This document shows positions 29,669 to 39,946 of a stretch of DNA of 56,172 nucleotides, one piece after another. Location: contig JBFHJU010000001.1 of the NCBI GenBank assembly GCA_041595735.1, positions 1-56,172 of the forward strand, in the 5' to 3' direction. The position numbers and the translations under genes were made by a program. Under the pieces are notes generated by a model. The model was not told the DNA's origin. It saw only the letters and a program-made list of their open reading frames with translations, and did no database searches. Each line of letters opens with the position of its first letter. The first letter of the stretch is position 1. The stretch is from Tichowtungia sp. Lineage in GTDB: Bacteria; Verrucomicrobiota; Kiritimatiellia; Kiritimatiellales; Tichowtungiaceae.

Positions 29669-30919
29669 ATGAGTATTTTGATTCGAAACGTGCAGCACGA
29701 AGACCTGCCGGTGGATGTGTTTATCAACGGAAATTTGATTGAAACAATCGGCGATTGCAGCGGAAAAACCGCGGACACAGTCATCGACGGAACCGACAAG
29801 GCGATCCTGCCCACGTTTCATAATGCGCATCATCACGCGGCGATGGCCTACATGCGCAGCTATGCCGATGATCTGGAGCTGTTCGAGTGGCTCAACGATC
29901 ACATCTGGCCGCTCGAAGCAAACATCACCGAAGAGGACGTCTACAACGGCGCGCGGCTGGCCTGCCTGGAGATGATCAAATCCGGCACGACGTTTTTCAA
30001 CGACATGTACTGGCACTTTCACGGTACGGCCCGCGCCGTGGAGGAAATGGGCCTTCGCGCCGCGCTCGGGCCAACATTTATCGACATGTTCGACTCCAGG
30101 CGCTGCGATGCGGAAATCGGCAAGGCCATACAGCTGTTCGAGGAAAGCAGGAGCTACAGCGACCGCATCCTTTTTCAACTCAGTCCGCACGCCCTCTACA
30201 CCGTTTCGAAGAAGGCGCTCCGCTGGTGCGCCGAATTCGCCGCCGGGCACAATCTGATGATCCACACCCACCTGTGCGAAACTCAGAAAGAGGTCGAAGA
30301 CTGCCAAAAAGAACACGGCATGCGGCCGCCGGAATATCTCGACAGCCTCGAACTGCTGGGGCCGAATCTGACCGCCGCGCACTGCGTTTGGCTCGATCAC
30401 GGCGAAATGGAACTGCTGGCAGAACGCGGGGTGAAGGCGCTGCACTGCCCGACCTCCAACATGAAGCTCTGCTCCGGAAAATTCCGGTTCACCGAAGCGC
30501 AGGCCGCCGGCCTGAAGATCGCCATCGGCACCGACGGCGCGGCATCCAACAACAATCTGTGCATGATCGAAGAGGTCAAGATGGCCGCCCTGCTCGAAAA
30601 GCATTTCACCGGCGACCCGACCGCCCTGCCCGCTCCGGCGGCATGGCATGCCGCCACCCGATCCGCCGCCGAAATGTTCGAGCTCAACAGCGGAATCATT
30701 GCAGAAGGCGCACTGGCCGACCTGATGCTCGTCGACCTCAACAACGAGCGTCTGGTCCCCGGTCACCACCTGATTGCCGACATGGTCTACAGCGCCGACA
30801 GCAGCTGCATCAACACCGTCCTCTGCAACGGAAAAATCCTGATGCAAAACCATCACGTGGACGGCGAGAAAGAAATCATCGCCAAAGGCCGCGAGTTTAA
30901 GCAGAAATTCAAACGGTGA
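29669..30919 (+). CDS. mtaD: Amidohydrolase, 5-methylthioadenosine/S-adenosylhomocysteine deaminase-like
   Basis: NAHHHAAM, DDLELFEWLNDHIWPLE, HTHLCET, HCPTSNMKL, GTDGAASNN. Confidence 0.75.
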   Translation: MSILIRNVQHEDLPVDVFINGNLIETIGDCSGKTADTVIDGTDKAILPTFHNAHHHAAMAYMRSYADDLELFEWLNDHIWPLEANITEEDVYNGARLACLEMIKSGTTFFNDMYWHFHGTARAVEEMGLRAALGPTFIDMFDSRRCDAEIGKAIQLFEESRSYSDRILFQLSPHALYTVSKKALRWCAEFAAGHNLMIHTHLCETQKEVEDCQKEHGMRPPEYLDSLELLGPNLTAAHCVWLDHGEMELLAERGVKALHCPTSNMKLCSGKFRFTEAQAAGLKIAIGTDGAASNNNLCMIEEVKMAALLEKHFTGDPTALPAPAAWHAATRSAAEMFELNSGIIAEGALADLMLVDLNNERLVPGHHLIADMVYSADSSCINTVLCNGKILMQNHHVDGEKEIIAKGREFKQKFKR

Positions 30920-30964
30920 TTCGCTGACTGCGCCGCCCCCCCCCGCCCGGCGGGACCCGCCCGA

Positions 30965-31348
30965 TCAGGAGAAAAAGAGATCGAGCACAAGCGCGGTGAT
31001 GCTCAGGATGCAGATCAGCGCGTAGTTGAAGAGCTCTTTGGAACGGACAATGGAATTCAAAATATAGAGTGTGGCCTGCCGGGTGTTCGGATCGAGCGAC
31101 GCGGCCTGCTCCATTTTTTCGATCAACCGGTTTTCGCGGACAATCCGCATGCGGCGCGTGCCGATCAAATAGCGGTAGCCGAAGAAAAAGGTATAGCACA
31201 CCATGGCATAGCGCCAGACCCACCCCGCGGCGGCGGGACTGTAATGAGACAGCAGAGTCAGCAGGCGGATGCTCAGACCGGCCGACAACCCGATCCAGAA
31301 AAACAGCAGAACCACCCATTTCGGCAATACCCGGTAGTTGTCTGGCAT
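30965..31348 (-). CDS. Hypothetical membrane protein
   Basis: Three hydrophobic segments; starts 1 nt after the miaB stop. Confidence 0.7.
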   Translation of the reverse strand: MPDNYRVLPKWVVLLFFWIGLSAGLSIRLLTLLSHYSPAAAGWVWRYAMVCYTFFFGYRYLIGTRRMRIVRENRLIEKMEQAASLDPNTRQATLYILNSIVRSKELFNYALICILSITALVLDLFFS

Positions 31349-31349
31349 G

Positions 31350-32669
31350 TTACTGCACCCCCTCGACGAGCTGACCGATCAGCGAGAACGGCCCGGTCCA
31401 GCTGATTTTAACCTGCACAAGCTGACCGAAACAGTCCTGATCGGATTCAAAAAAGACCAGTTTGTTGTGCGGCGTGCGGCCCCGCCAGCGGTTCTTGTTT
31501 TCCTGAAACTCCTCCACCAGCACCTCGACGGTTTCGCCGAGCAGCTCCGCCGATTTTTCCGCGTTGATCCCGGCGGTGAGCTCATCGAGCCGCACGCGGC
31601 GGCTCTCTTTTTCGTCCGGCGGCACATCGTCTTTCATTTTGGCCGACAGGGTGCGCGGACGCGGAGAATATTTGGCAATGTGATACAGATCGAGCCGCAG
31701 CTCATCGGCCAGCATCATGGTCTGCAGAAAATCCTCTTCGGTCTCGGTCGGATAGCCGACAATCACATCGGTATTGATGGAGGCATCGGGAATGATTTTC
31801 CGGATATTGGCGATAATGTCGCGGTATTCGGCCCGGGTGTAGCCGCGGCGCATCGATTCGAGAATGCGATCGCTTCCGGCCTGGAACGGCAGTTCGAAGT
31901 ACGGGCAGGCCTTATCGGTTTCCGCCACCGCGCGGATGAGATCTTCATCCATATAGGCCGGGTGACTGGTCAGAAAACGGATGCGCACAACGCCTTCGAT
32001 TTTCGCGACCTCCCGGATGAGCCAGCCGAGGGTGATGCCCTCCTCCAGATCAAAGCCGTAACGATCGACAATCTGCCCCAGCAGATTAACCTCTTTAATG
32101 CCCTGCGCCGCAAGAGCGCGCACCTCGTCGAGAATTTCCTGCGGTGCACGACTGCGGTCGGGCCCGCGGCGATACGGGATGATGCAATAGGAACAGACGT
32201 GGGAACACCCCAGCGTGACCGACACAAACGCGCAAACAGCCTTGTCGCGGCTGACGGACGGCAGTCGGTAGTCGGCCAGCTCTGCATGCGCCTTGTTCAG
32301 ATGACTGCAGGCCTCGTGCTGAAGCACGGCATCGATCACCACACCGGTCTGCGACGGCGAGGCGAACACATCGACAAACGGAAAACGCTGCGCGAGGTCT
32401 TCCGCCTCGCGCTTACCGACCATGCAGCCCATCAGCGCAATGATCATACCGGGGCGTTTCTTCTTCACTCCGCCCAAATCCGTCAGCTTGCGGACGGCTT
32501 TGTCCTCGGGCTGCTGACGCACCACGCAGGTGTTCAGCACCGCAACATCGGCATCGATCGCGCGCGGGGTTTCCACAAAGCCAAGCGCCTCGAACTGCGA
32601 CGCGAGGTGGCGGCTGTCGGCCTCGTTCATCTGACAGCCGATCGTCCAAATATGATAGGTTCCGGTCAT
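31350..32669 (-). CDS. miaB: tRNA-2-methylthio-N6-dimethylallyladenosine synthase
   Basis: TIGCQMNEADS, LNTCVVR, GCSHVCSYCIIPYRRG, IVGYPTET, C-terminal TRAM domain. Confidence 0.9.
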   Translation of the reverse strand: MTGTYHIWTIGCQMNEADSRHLASQFEALGFVETPRAIDADVAVLNTCVVRQQPEDKAVRKLTDLGGVKKKRPGMIIALMGCMVGKREAEDLAQRFPFVDVFASPSQTGVVIDAVLQHEACSHLNKAHAELADYRLPSVSRDKAVCAFVSVTLGCSHVCSYCIIPYRRGPDRSRAPQEILDEVRALAAQGIKEVNLLGQIVDRYGFDLEEGITLGWLIREVAKIEGVVRIRFLTSHPAYMDEDLIRAVAETDKACPYFELPFQAGSDRILESMRRGYTRAEYRDIIANIRKIIPDASINTDVIVGYPTETEEDFLQTMMLADELRLDLYHIAKYSPRPRTLSAKMKDDVPPDEKESRRVRLDELTAGINAEKSAELLGETVEVLVEEFQENKNRWRGRTPHNKLVFFESDQDCFGQLVQVKISWTGPFSLIGQLVEGVQ

Positions 32670-32937
32670 AACTCAAAAATCCTTCTTCAAACTGCAAACG
32701 GGGATATTGAAGGTAAAATCATGACAGGCAACCTCATTTTTAATGAATTGTGATCACCGCCGCGTTTCCATATTGATGCAGGGCCGCCGGGAATATGCAG
32801 CTGAAATTTCTGAGGCTCCGCACCGTTGCGTTGATTTTTTTGAATTCTCAACCGTTGTATCGCGGGTTGTTCGCGGTCAAAAAATTTTCCCGGCTCAGAG
32901 TCCTTGGGGACAGCCGGCCGGAACTGATTCTGACCCT

Positions 32938-33759
32938 TCATGTTCGCGGAGCAACACTCCCCTTGTCACAGAGGCCTTCGCAGACGGTGCCGCTTTTCCT
33001 GAAGCGGATACGGGTCAACCCGTCTGCCGCAGGAGCCACAACCGTTACGGTTGTGTTTGAGGCCAGCACCGTGACTTTGCGGCCGTTTTCCACCGAATAA
33101 ATCCAGGTATCGCGAAGGATACGGGCGTCATACGGCTCGAACGATTCTTCGCTGTGTTCAACGGGCACAGCCGTTGTGCCGCGCCATGCATTTCGCTGAT
33201 TGGCTTTGGCATCTTTCTCCAGTTTGCGCAGCTGCGCACGATGGGTGTTGGCGCGGGTGCCGTCCGGCAGGTTGGCCCCCTTTCCGTAGATGCGAACCAG
33301 CCCCTCTTCGACGAGGATTTCATCGAGCCACCGGTCGTTCACTTTGATCAGTGCGTAGTAGCGCGGCCTGCCGAGAGTCGGCGCGTAGTCGCCGCGGGTG
33401 AACACGCTGAAACCTCCGCGCAGAAGCCGGATCACCGTCTGCGAGGCGCGCAGGCCCATTTTCAGAGCAAAGTCCGGGTCATCACTCTCCCAGTAGGCCG
33501 CCTGTTCTTTGAGCCGGTCCTTTTTAAAATCCGAGTTGGAGTCGGTTTCGGCGGTGTCGACGAAGAAGAGACGAAACCGGTTCTGCGTTTCGCCGCGGAA
33601 GGCCTCGGCACATTCAACCGCAAAGCTGTCGCCATCGTTGAAGCCGCTTTCAAGCAAAGTGCAGTTTTTCAGCTCGACCCAGTCTGCCGCCCGGGCAGAT
33701 GGCGCCAGCAGGAGTAAAAACAGGCTGAACCGGCGGATGTTGCGCAATACGAAGTTCAT
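32938..33759 (-). CDS. Exported thermonuclease (SNase-like) family protein
   Basis: Signal peptide; NDGDSF, RLFFVDTAE, LVEEGLVR, LEKDAK...AW. Confidence 0.75.
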   Translation of the reverse strand: MNFVLRNIRRFSLFLLLLAPSARAADWVELKNCTLLESGFNDGDSFAVECAEAFRGETQNRFRLFFVDTAETDSNSDFKKDRLKEQAAYWESDDPDFALKMGLRASQTVIRLLRGGFSVFTRGDYAPTLGRPRYYALIKVNDRWLDEILVEEGLVRIYGKGANLPDGTRANTHRAQLRKLEKDAKANQRNAWRGTTAVPVEHSEESFEPYDARILRDTWIYSVENGRKVTVLASNTTVTVVAPAADGLTRIRFRKSGTVCEGLCDKGSVAPRT

Positions 33760-33907
33760 TCATTCCCCTCAGCGTTAAAACCCCGGCCGTTACTGATTTT
33801 CTTCAAAACGCAGACGAGGCTGCACGCCCCCTCCGGTAAAGGAGACGTGAATGAAGATGCAGACATGGCCAAAAGCCTTGTCTACAGCCGGGCCCGCGGC
33901 ATCCGGA

Positions 33908-34834
33908 TCATGCGACACCGGACAGCTTCAGCATGACCGCTTTCTGGGCGTGCAGACGGTTTTCGGCCTCATCGAACACCACCGATTGCGGACCGTCAAT
34001 GACCTCGGCAGTCTGTTCCGCACCGCGCAATGCGGGCAGGCAGTTCATGAAGATGGCATCGTCCGCGGCCAGCGCCATTTTTTCTGCGGTCACCTGATAC
34101 GGAGTGAACACCTTGATGCGGGCCGCCTCCTCGTTTTTCGGGATGTGGTAGCTCATCCAGGAGTCGGTGTAGACCACGTCGGCACCGCGCACGGCCTCGG
34201 CGGCATCGTCGGTAATCAACAGCGATGCACCGGACTGCGCGGCGAATTCCCGGCACTGTTCGGTGACTTCGGCGGCAGGCATGTGCCCTTCGGGCGAGCC
34301 GACCCGGATGTTCATGCCGACTTTGGAGCAGCCGTACATAAGCGAATGGGTCACGTTGTTAAATCCGTCCCCCAGATAAGCCAGCGTCAGCCCCTTGAGC
34401 GAACCTTTCTTCTCCTGAATAGTCAGCAGATCGGCCAGAATCTGGCAGGGATGGCTGTTATCGGTCAGGGCATTGATCACCGGCACGGTGGCATGCGCGG
34501 CCATCTCCAGAATATCCGTGTGTTTGAACAGACGGGCCATCACCAGGTCACACATGCGACTGATCACCTTGATCGAATCCTCAATGGTCTCCTTGCCGCC
34601 GCCCATGGGCGATGTGCTCATGTTGTAGTAGATCCCGTGACCGCCCAGCTGGAAAATTCCGGTTTCAAACGAGATCCGCGTGCGCAGGCTCGGCTTTTCG
34701 AAAATCATCAGCAGGGTTTTGCCCTTCAGGGAATCGGCGTACAGATCCGGAGCGGCCTTTACACGGACCGCCAGATCCAGAACGTCACAGATGGCTTCAG
34801 GGCTCCATTCGTTGAGGGAAATCAAGTGCTTCAT
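33908..34834 (-). CDS. argF: Ornithine carbamoyltransferase
   Basis: FEKPSLRTRISFE, INALTD, HPCQILADL, GDGFNNV, EAENRLH; variant NCLP and DSWMSY motifs. Confidence 0.85.
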   Translation of the reverse strand: MKHLISLNEWSPEAICDVLDLAVRVKAAPDLYADSLKGKTLLMIFEKPSLRTRISFETGIFQLGGHGIYYNMSTSPMGGGKETIEDSIKVISRMCDLVMARLFKHTDILEMAAHATVPVINALTDNSHPCQILADLLTIQEKKGSLKGLTLAYLGDGFNNVTHSLMYGCSKVGMNIRVGSPEGHMPAAEVTEQCREFAAQSGASLLITDDAAEAVRGADVVYTDSWMSYHIPKNEEAARIKVFTPYQVTAEKMALAADDAIFMNCLPALRGAEQTAEVIDGPQSVVFDEAENRLHAQKAVMLKLSGVA

Positions 34835-35916
34835 CAGCAGTTCTCCTTATAGTAGTCACGCACCCGGCCATCCAGGCCGAAAATGCTCAAAATCAGTGCA
34901 GAGCGGATCCACATTCCGTTGCGAACCTGCCGCCAGTAGACTGCGCGCGAATCGCTGTCAACCGCCACATCAATCTCCTTGCGGCGCGGCAACGGATGCA
35001 TAATCACCGCCGTGTCTTTCAATATATTCAGATGGTCTTTGGTGAAATAGAATTTCGACGTGTCAATCAGACTGCTCTCATTATCCACATCCCACTCATC
35101 CTGAATACGGGTCATGTAAATGGCATCCACTTCCGGAATGACCGGTTCAAAGTCATGACAGATTTCAAACGCGACCCCGGCGGCGGAAAGCTGTTCGAGA
35201 ATATCCGTGCCGATCTGCAGCTCGGGCGGCGCGACAAAGTAGAGTTTCACATCGTTGTATTTGGTCAGCAAACCGGCCAGCGAGCGGACGGTCCGTCCGC
35301 GCAGCAGGTCGCCGACAAACGCGATCTTTTTGCCGTCAATTCCGCCGGTCTTTTCGAAGCTGCGTTCCAGCGTGTAAATATCGAGCAGAGCCTGGGTCGG
35401 GTGCTGGTCTTTTCCCGAGCCGGCATTGATGACCGGCACCGGGCGGTCCGTATTGGAAAGCATCCACGCGATCCGCTCGGCGAAGCCGCCCGCGGGGTGG
35501 CGCATGATAATCAAATCCGTGTAGGAGCTGAAGGTGCGGACGGTGTCTTCGGGCGACTCCCCTTTCACCTCGCTTGAGGTCGAGCTGTCGCGCACATCCA
35601 TGCAGTCGAGGCCTACGGTCTGGCAGGCGGAATCGAAAGACAGATAGGTGCGGGTCGACGGCTGGGCGAAATAAAGCATGGCGCGTTTATCAAACAGGCG
35701 GCTCTGCAGAAAACTGCTGCCTTCGCGTGTTTTGGAAATCCGCCGCACACAGGTGGCCAGCGAACACAGATCCTCAAGCATCGGCCGGCTGAACTGCTGC
35801 GCAACCAGGGCATGATACGTCCGCCCATCCGGCTTCAGAAAATACGGAGCCTTTTCGTCCGCGCTCAGCCCGCTGAACGCGTCCCACGAAATCTGATTTA
35901 ATGCTTTACTGCCCAT
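34834..35916 (-). CDS. pyrB: Aspartate carbamoyltransferase catalytic subunit
   Basis: PSTRTYLSF, KGES, MRHP, INAGSG...HPTQALLD, VGDL...RTVRSL, TRIQ, MHPLPR; GGAGG before ATG 35916. Confidence 0.9.
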   Translation of the reverse strand: MGSKALNQISWDAFSGLSADEKAPYFLKPDGRTYHALVAQQFSRPMLEDLCSLATCVRRISKTREGSSFLQSRLFDKRAMLYFAQPSTRTYLSFDSACQTVGLDCMDVRDSSTSSEVKGESPEDTVRTFSSYTDLIIMRHPAGGFAERIAWMLSNTDRPVPVINAGSGKDQHPTQALLDIYTLERSFEKTGGIDGKKIAFVGDLLRGRTVRSLAGLLTKYNDVKLYFVAPPELQIGTDILEQLSAAGVAFEICHDFEPVIPEVDAIYMTRIQDEWDVDNESSLIDTSKFYFTKDHLNILKDTAVIMHPLPRRKEIDVAVDSDSRAVYWRQVRNGMWIRSALILSIFGLDGRVRDYYKENC

Positions 35917-36077
35917 TGGTCCTCCGTTCGCCACATACACAAGTGAATATTTATATGCGATTTGCCCAAGGTTTGGAAACCGGAAGCGTCACTTTTTCCA
36001 AGGTCTGGAAAAAGATCCGCAGCGAACGGCCGCCGCCCGGCCGGCGGCGGCCCCCTCTCCGCACGCTCATGCCCTGC

Positions 36078-36593
36078 CTATCGCTTCCGGGTCAGCAGCT
36101 GCAGCACCTCTCCGACAACCATGCGGTGAAAATCGCTGTTCGGATAGCATTGAGGAATAATCGTCGGGTCCGCAAACCCCGCCGGATCCAGATCCTGAAC
36201 AAACAGCTTGCGGCATTCCATTACAACCCGGGCTTCTTCAAAGGCCACCGACCCGTTTTCTGTGGCAAACGGGGTCAATCCGGTTTTTTCGGCTTTATTA
36301 ACATCCCGGCCGGAATGCGATCCGCAGAAATTGAGTGCCGTGCGGTACTTTTCATCAAAAAACGACAGCGTAAGCACCGGCTCGCGCTCCACAAACTCCA
36401 GCGTATAGCGCTGAGGGCGGATAAACGTAAAAGCGGCCGGCTTGAACCACATTTCACCCAGACCGCCCCAGCTGGCAGTCATCGTGTTCCACTGGTCCAT
36501 CGTTCCGGCCGTGATCAGCATCCACTCCTTGCCGATCAGACGGAAAGCGCTCTCGTTGAATTCGAGCGGGTTCACTTTTGTAAAACTATTCAT
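36078..36593 (-). CDS. Flavin reductase family protein
   Basis: WMLITAG, NTMTASWGGLG, RPQRYT, CGSHSGRD. Confidence 0.85.
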   Translation of the reverse strand: MNSFTKVNPLEFNESAFRLIGKEWMLITAGTMDQWNTMTASWGGLGEMWFKPAAFTFIRPQRYTLEFVEREPVLTLSFFDEKYRTALNFCGSHSGRDVNKAEKTGLTPFATENGSVAFEEARVVMECRKLFVQDLDPAGFADPTIIPQCYPNSDFHRMVVGEVLQLLTRKR

Positions 36594-36631
36594 TTCAAAC
36601 ACCTTTCTTTACAATGTGCGGCGAAGCCGCA

Positions 36632-37657
36632 TCAGACGACTTCAATGAGGTTGTCACCGCGTGCACGCGTCTGCCCGATCGGTTCCAGCGCCAGCCCGGC
36701 GGATGCGGTCAGCGCCAGAAAGGCCTCCAAGCCGTCCGGCTTCACCACGCAGAGCAGCCCGCCGGAGGTTTGCGGATCGCACAGGATCACGCGCTGTTCA
36801 TCGGTCAACTCACCGACCGTGTGCCCGTAGCTTTTAAAATTGTTTTTGGATCCGCCGGGAACGCAGTCGAGATAGTTTCCAATGTTCGGAAGCGTCTTCA
36901 CCCGGTCGAATTCGATGGTCGCCGAAATGCCGCTTCCGGCGCAGATTTCGCCGAGGTGACCCAGCAGACCGAAGCCCGTCACATCCGTCAACGCAACCAC
37001 GCCATCCAGCCGCGCGATCTCCGCACCGATTTTATTGAGCGTGCACATCGAGGCAATCGAAGGATCAATATGCCCCGGCGCGATGCGGCCCATCTTCTGA
37101 GCCGTGCTCAGAATGCCGACGCCCAGCGGCTTGGTCAAAAAGATCTCGCAACCGGGCTCGGCGGTATTGTTCTGCTTCAGGTGAGCGGTATCCACAATGC
37201 CGGTCACCGCCAGGCCGAAGATCGGCTCGGGCGAATCGATCGAATGGCCGCCCGCCAGCGGAATACCGGCCTCGTCGCAGGCGGCGCGCCCGCCGTCGAT
37301 CACCTGCTGCCCGACGTCCGCCGGCAGCAGCTTGATCGGCCAGCCGAAGATCGAAATCGCCATCAGCGGCTTTCCGCCCATGGCGTAGATATCGCTGAGC
37401 GCATTGGTGGCGGCGATGCGGCCGAACGTGAACGGATCGTCAACAATCGGCATGAAGAAATCGGTCGTGCTGAGCACGGCGGTTCCGTTGCCCAGATCGT
37501 AGGCGGCCGCATCGTCCTTGCTGCTGTTGCCGACCAGCAGATTCGGGTGCGGCACTTCCGGGCGGGACGTTTCCAGAATCGATTCCAGCAGTTCCGGAGA
37601 AATTTTGCATCCGCAACCGGCGCCGTGGCTGTATTGAGTCAGTTTGATCTGTTCCAT
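36632..37657 (-). CDS. selD: Selenide, water dikinase (Cys form)
   Basis: [59 protein letters not shown]. Confidence 0.96.
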   Translation of the reverse strand: MEQIKLTQYSHGAGCGCKISPELLESILETSRPEVPHPNLLVGNSSKDDAAAYDLGNGTAVLSTTDFFMPIVDDPFTFGRIAATNALSDIYAMGGKPLMAISIFGWPIKLLPADVGQQVIDGGRAACDEAGIPLAGGHSIDSPEPIFGLAVTGIVDTAHLKQNNTAEPGCEIFLTKPLGVGILSTAQKMGRIAPGHIDPSIASMCTLNKIGAEIARLDGVVALTDVTGFGLLGHLGEICAGSGISATIEFDRVKTLPNIGNYLDCVPGGSKNNFKSYGHTVGELTDEQRVILCDPQTSGGLLCVVKPDGLEAFLALTASAGLALEPIGQTRARGDNLIEVV

Positions 37658-37668
37658 AAAAACCTCAT

Positions 37669-37747
37669 TTCAAAAAGTTGGGACAATAACTTACCCGACC
37701 CGGTCTGAGTTTCCAATGTTTGGAATAAATTTTTCCAGGGCCTGGAA
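37669..37747. repeat. Cluster of three TTCCAA-N3-TTGGAA-type palindromes upstream of selD
   Basis: 37669-37683 (degenerate), 37711-37725 (perfect), 37733-37747 (two mismatches). Confidence 0.75.
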
Positions 37748-37854
37748 GCCGGCGCAGCCGGCACCCTGCGTTTTCCGATGCGCGCAGCGTTTATGCTTTC
37801 TCCCGGCCGATTTAATCCTGTCGGTTCGCGAGGATTAGAGAGTACACTCTCCCC

Positions 37855-38361
37855 ATGAAACCGAAGGAAGTCATCGTTCACGACAAAATGCAGTCGGGCT
37901 ACCGCTATTTCCTGACGGAACCGGCCGGCCGGAATTTTTCCCCGGAGTTTGAGCCAGAGCTGACGCCGAAGCAGATGCTCGCGCTCGGCGTTTTCGGCGG
38001 CAAATACATGACCGACTGCCGGGACGAATTTCCGGCGTCGTGGTTCGCCCGGGCCAGGCTGTCACCGGAAAAGCGCGACGGATCTCTCAACTGCTTCGGA
38101 GTCAATGCCTCCAAACCGCTTTCGTACTGGGAGCAAAAAGGCTGGATTCACGACGACGACCCGCGCGGCTGGTTCCAGTGGTACTGCCGCTACTACGCCG
38201 GGCGGCGACACGAAGATGACGCGCGCCAGATCGCGCGCTGGAAAGCGATGCGCCGCCACATCGCGCAGATTATCAAAAACTGCACCCCGGGCGACTTGGC
38301 CTGCCGTCCCAAACAGCGCCAGGCCCTGCTCCACTGGGCCTACGACAGCCGGAAGATGTAA
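37855..38361 (+). CDS. Conserved hypothetical protein
   Basis: Aromatic-rich LTPKQMLALGVFGGKY, DPRGWFQWYCRY and RQALLHWAYD blocks; typical codon usage. Confidence 0.75.
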   Translation: MKPKEVIVHDKMQSGYRYFLTEPAGRNFSPEFEPELTPKQMLALGVFGGKYMTDCRDEFPASWFARARLSPEKRDGSLNCFGVNASKPLSYWEQKGWIHDDDPRGWFQWYCRYYAGRRHEDDARQIARWKAMRRHIAQIIKNCTPGDLACRPKQRQALLHWAYDSRKM

Positions 38362-38568
38362 CTCTTCCTTACGGGTAACCGGCTCTTTTGGCAAACAAAA
38401 CCGGTGAGTGCAGCACAAGCCCCCAGCTTGAACGCCAGCCTATCATCTATTTTTATAAAAGATCGCCGATCTGATCCAGCGCTTACCGGACAAGATGCTG
38501 CCAAAGGCAGTCTAGTTATTAAAAACGACCTCGGCCAAGAAACCGTTAAAATTCCCGATAATCCTCGA

Positions 38569-39849
38569 TCATTGCTCTATCCTGAAGAACTTGGACGATG
38601 CATCCATCTGCACATAGATCACTTCGTCGTCTCCATTTGTGGCGGAATAGGCCAGATTAGTGACAACAAAAGGAGCAGAGCCATTGATCGAATGAGCAAT
38701 ATTGGTCCATATACCGTCTATCAAATTCGTTGTGATTTTCGGATAATAGAAGCTTCTTGCAGAATCCGGAACATCGACAACCATCCGCATCACATTGTTT
38801 GACCAAACCGACCACCCCACAATGCTGGCTGGAGAAACGGCAGAGGCTCCCAACACAAGGGTAATCATTCCACTGTCATATTCAACAGCTGCGGGCTCAC
38901 CGAACCCCGTAATGGAAACATTGGCAAACTGGTTTGTTCCTGAAAGATTTCCGGCAAATCCGGCAAATGAATCGATCAACACAAAATTTGTATCAGATCC
39001 AGTATAACTGCTGCCATCAATTGACAAACTGGCCCCGTTCTGCAAACGAATCCCTTTATTGTCAAACCCAATGGACGCCACACCATTTTCATCAAATATA
39101 AATTTAAACTCCGCATCCGGATTAATATTAATATCTGTCGTAGGAACAGTTTCTGCAGACGAAGAAATCGTCACATCCCCCGAACTTCCGTTCATGGTAA
39201 ATGTCCCATTGTTAAATGTGAACCCTGATGTAACCGCAAGGGTTCCGCCGGCAACCTCAACCACTCCGGAACCATAATCCTGGACTCCAATTCTCAGCAT
39301 TCCGCCTGCGGTCACTGTGCCGTTCGAAATACTCAAAGTGCTGCCATCGGAATCAGCCGAATGGCTCACAGGTGCTCCTATTGAAACATAAAGATCGTTG
39401 GCAACAGTCAACGCCCCGCCGGCGACATCAGCCTGCCCCAACCCGTTATGACCAATCCGGACATCATTGGTTACCGTCAAACTTCCCTCTCCGGTAATGC
39501 TCAATTCCCCAGCCAGTGACGCCGAGTCAGTCTGACCCAATACAAGATCCGAACAGATCAAATCTCCGGCCCCCTGCACACCGCCGCCCACTTTCGTTTT
39601 CAAGGTGAATGTCCCCTCCGTACCCGAAATTCCCACATTGACTGTCGTTGGCTGAAACCCGGTTGGCAACTGCAGATACACATCATGAATAACAGTGGCC
39701 TGTCCGCCATTCGGGATAAAAAACGCAGTCGCGCCACCCCAGGTCTGGGGGGCAGTCCAATCGCCATCCTGCACCGAGGTCCTATCCACAGCGAAAGCCG
39801 ATGTCGCAAGCAATAATATAGACACGATACTACATATAATTTTTTTCAT
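38569..39849 (-). CDS. Secreted Gly/Ser/Thr-rich beta-strand repeat protein with a distinct C-terminal domain
   Basis: Signal peptide MKKIICSIVSILLLATSAFA; GTLxV/GxLTV repeats; ends ...ITTNLIDGIWTN...SKFFRIEQ. Confidence 0.75.
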   Translation of the reverse strand: MKKIICSIVSILLLATSAFAVDRTSVQDGDWTAPQTWGGATAFFIPNGGQATVIHDVYLQLPTGFQPTTVNVGISGTEGTFTLKTKVGGGVQGAGDLICSDLVLGQTDSASLAGELSITGEGSLTVTNDVRIGHNGLGQADVAGGALTVANDLYVSIGAPVSHSADSDGSTLSISNGTVTAGGMLRIGVQDYGSGVVEVAGGTLAVTSGFTFNNGTFTMNGSSGDVTISSSAETVPTTDININPDAEFKFIFDENGVASIGFDNKGIRLQNGASLSIDGSSYTGSDTNFVLIDSFAGFAGNLSGTNQFANVSITGFGEPAAVEYDSGMITLVLGASAVSPASIVGWSVWSNNVMRMVVDVPDSARSFYYPKITTNLIDGIWTNIAHSINGSAPFVVTNLAYSATNGDDEVIYVQMDASSKFFRIEQ

Positions 39850-39946
39850 GCTGTTTCCTCTCCTTCTCATTGATTCGCCCCGGACCTTCCGGGATTACCG
39901 TCTCCTCCGTTACATCAAAAGAGTTTCGCCGGACCTGCCCGGGACA

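Noticed and set aside
28934-30856. Long antisense ORFs (also 47626-49395, 25018-26454, 31338-32753, 45596-46900)
   Set aside because: They lie opposite well-supported genes, have no recognisable motifs and are expected in GC-rich coding DNA.
36028-36052. GC-only hairpin GGCCGCCGCC-N5-GGCGGCGGCC as a terminator
   Set aside because: The stem is real but has no adjacent U-tract; at most an mRNA-stabilising hairpin.
36632-37657. Selenocysteine in SelD or other UGA read-through
   Set aside because: The active-site motif is GCGCK encoded by Cys codons; I saw no convincing in-frame UGA in a redox motif elsewhere.
38404-38802. 132-aa plus-strand ORF
   Set aside because: It overlaps the 3' end of the secreted protein gene on the opposite strand and has no recognisable features.
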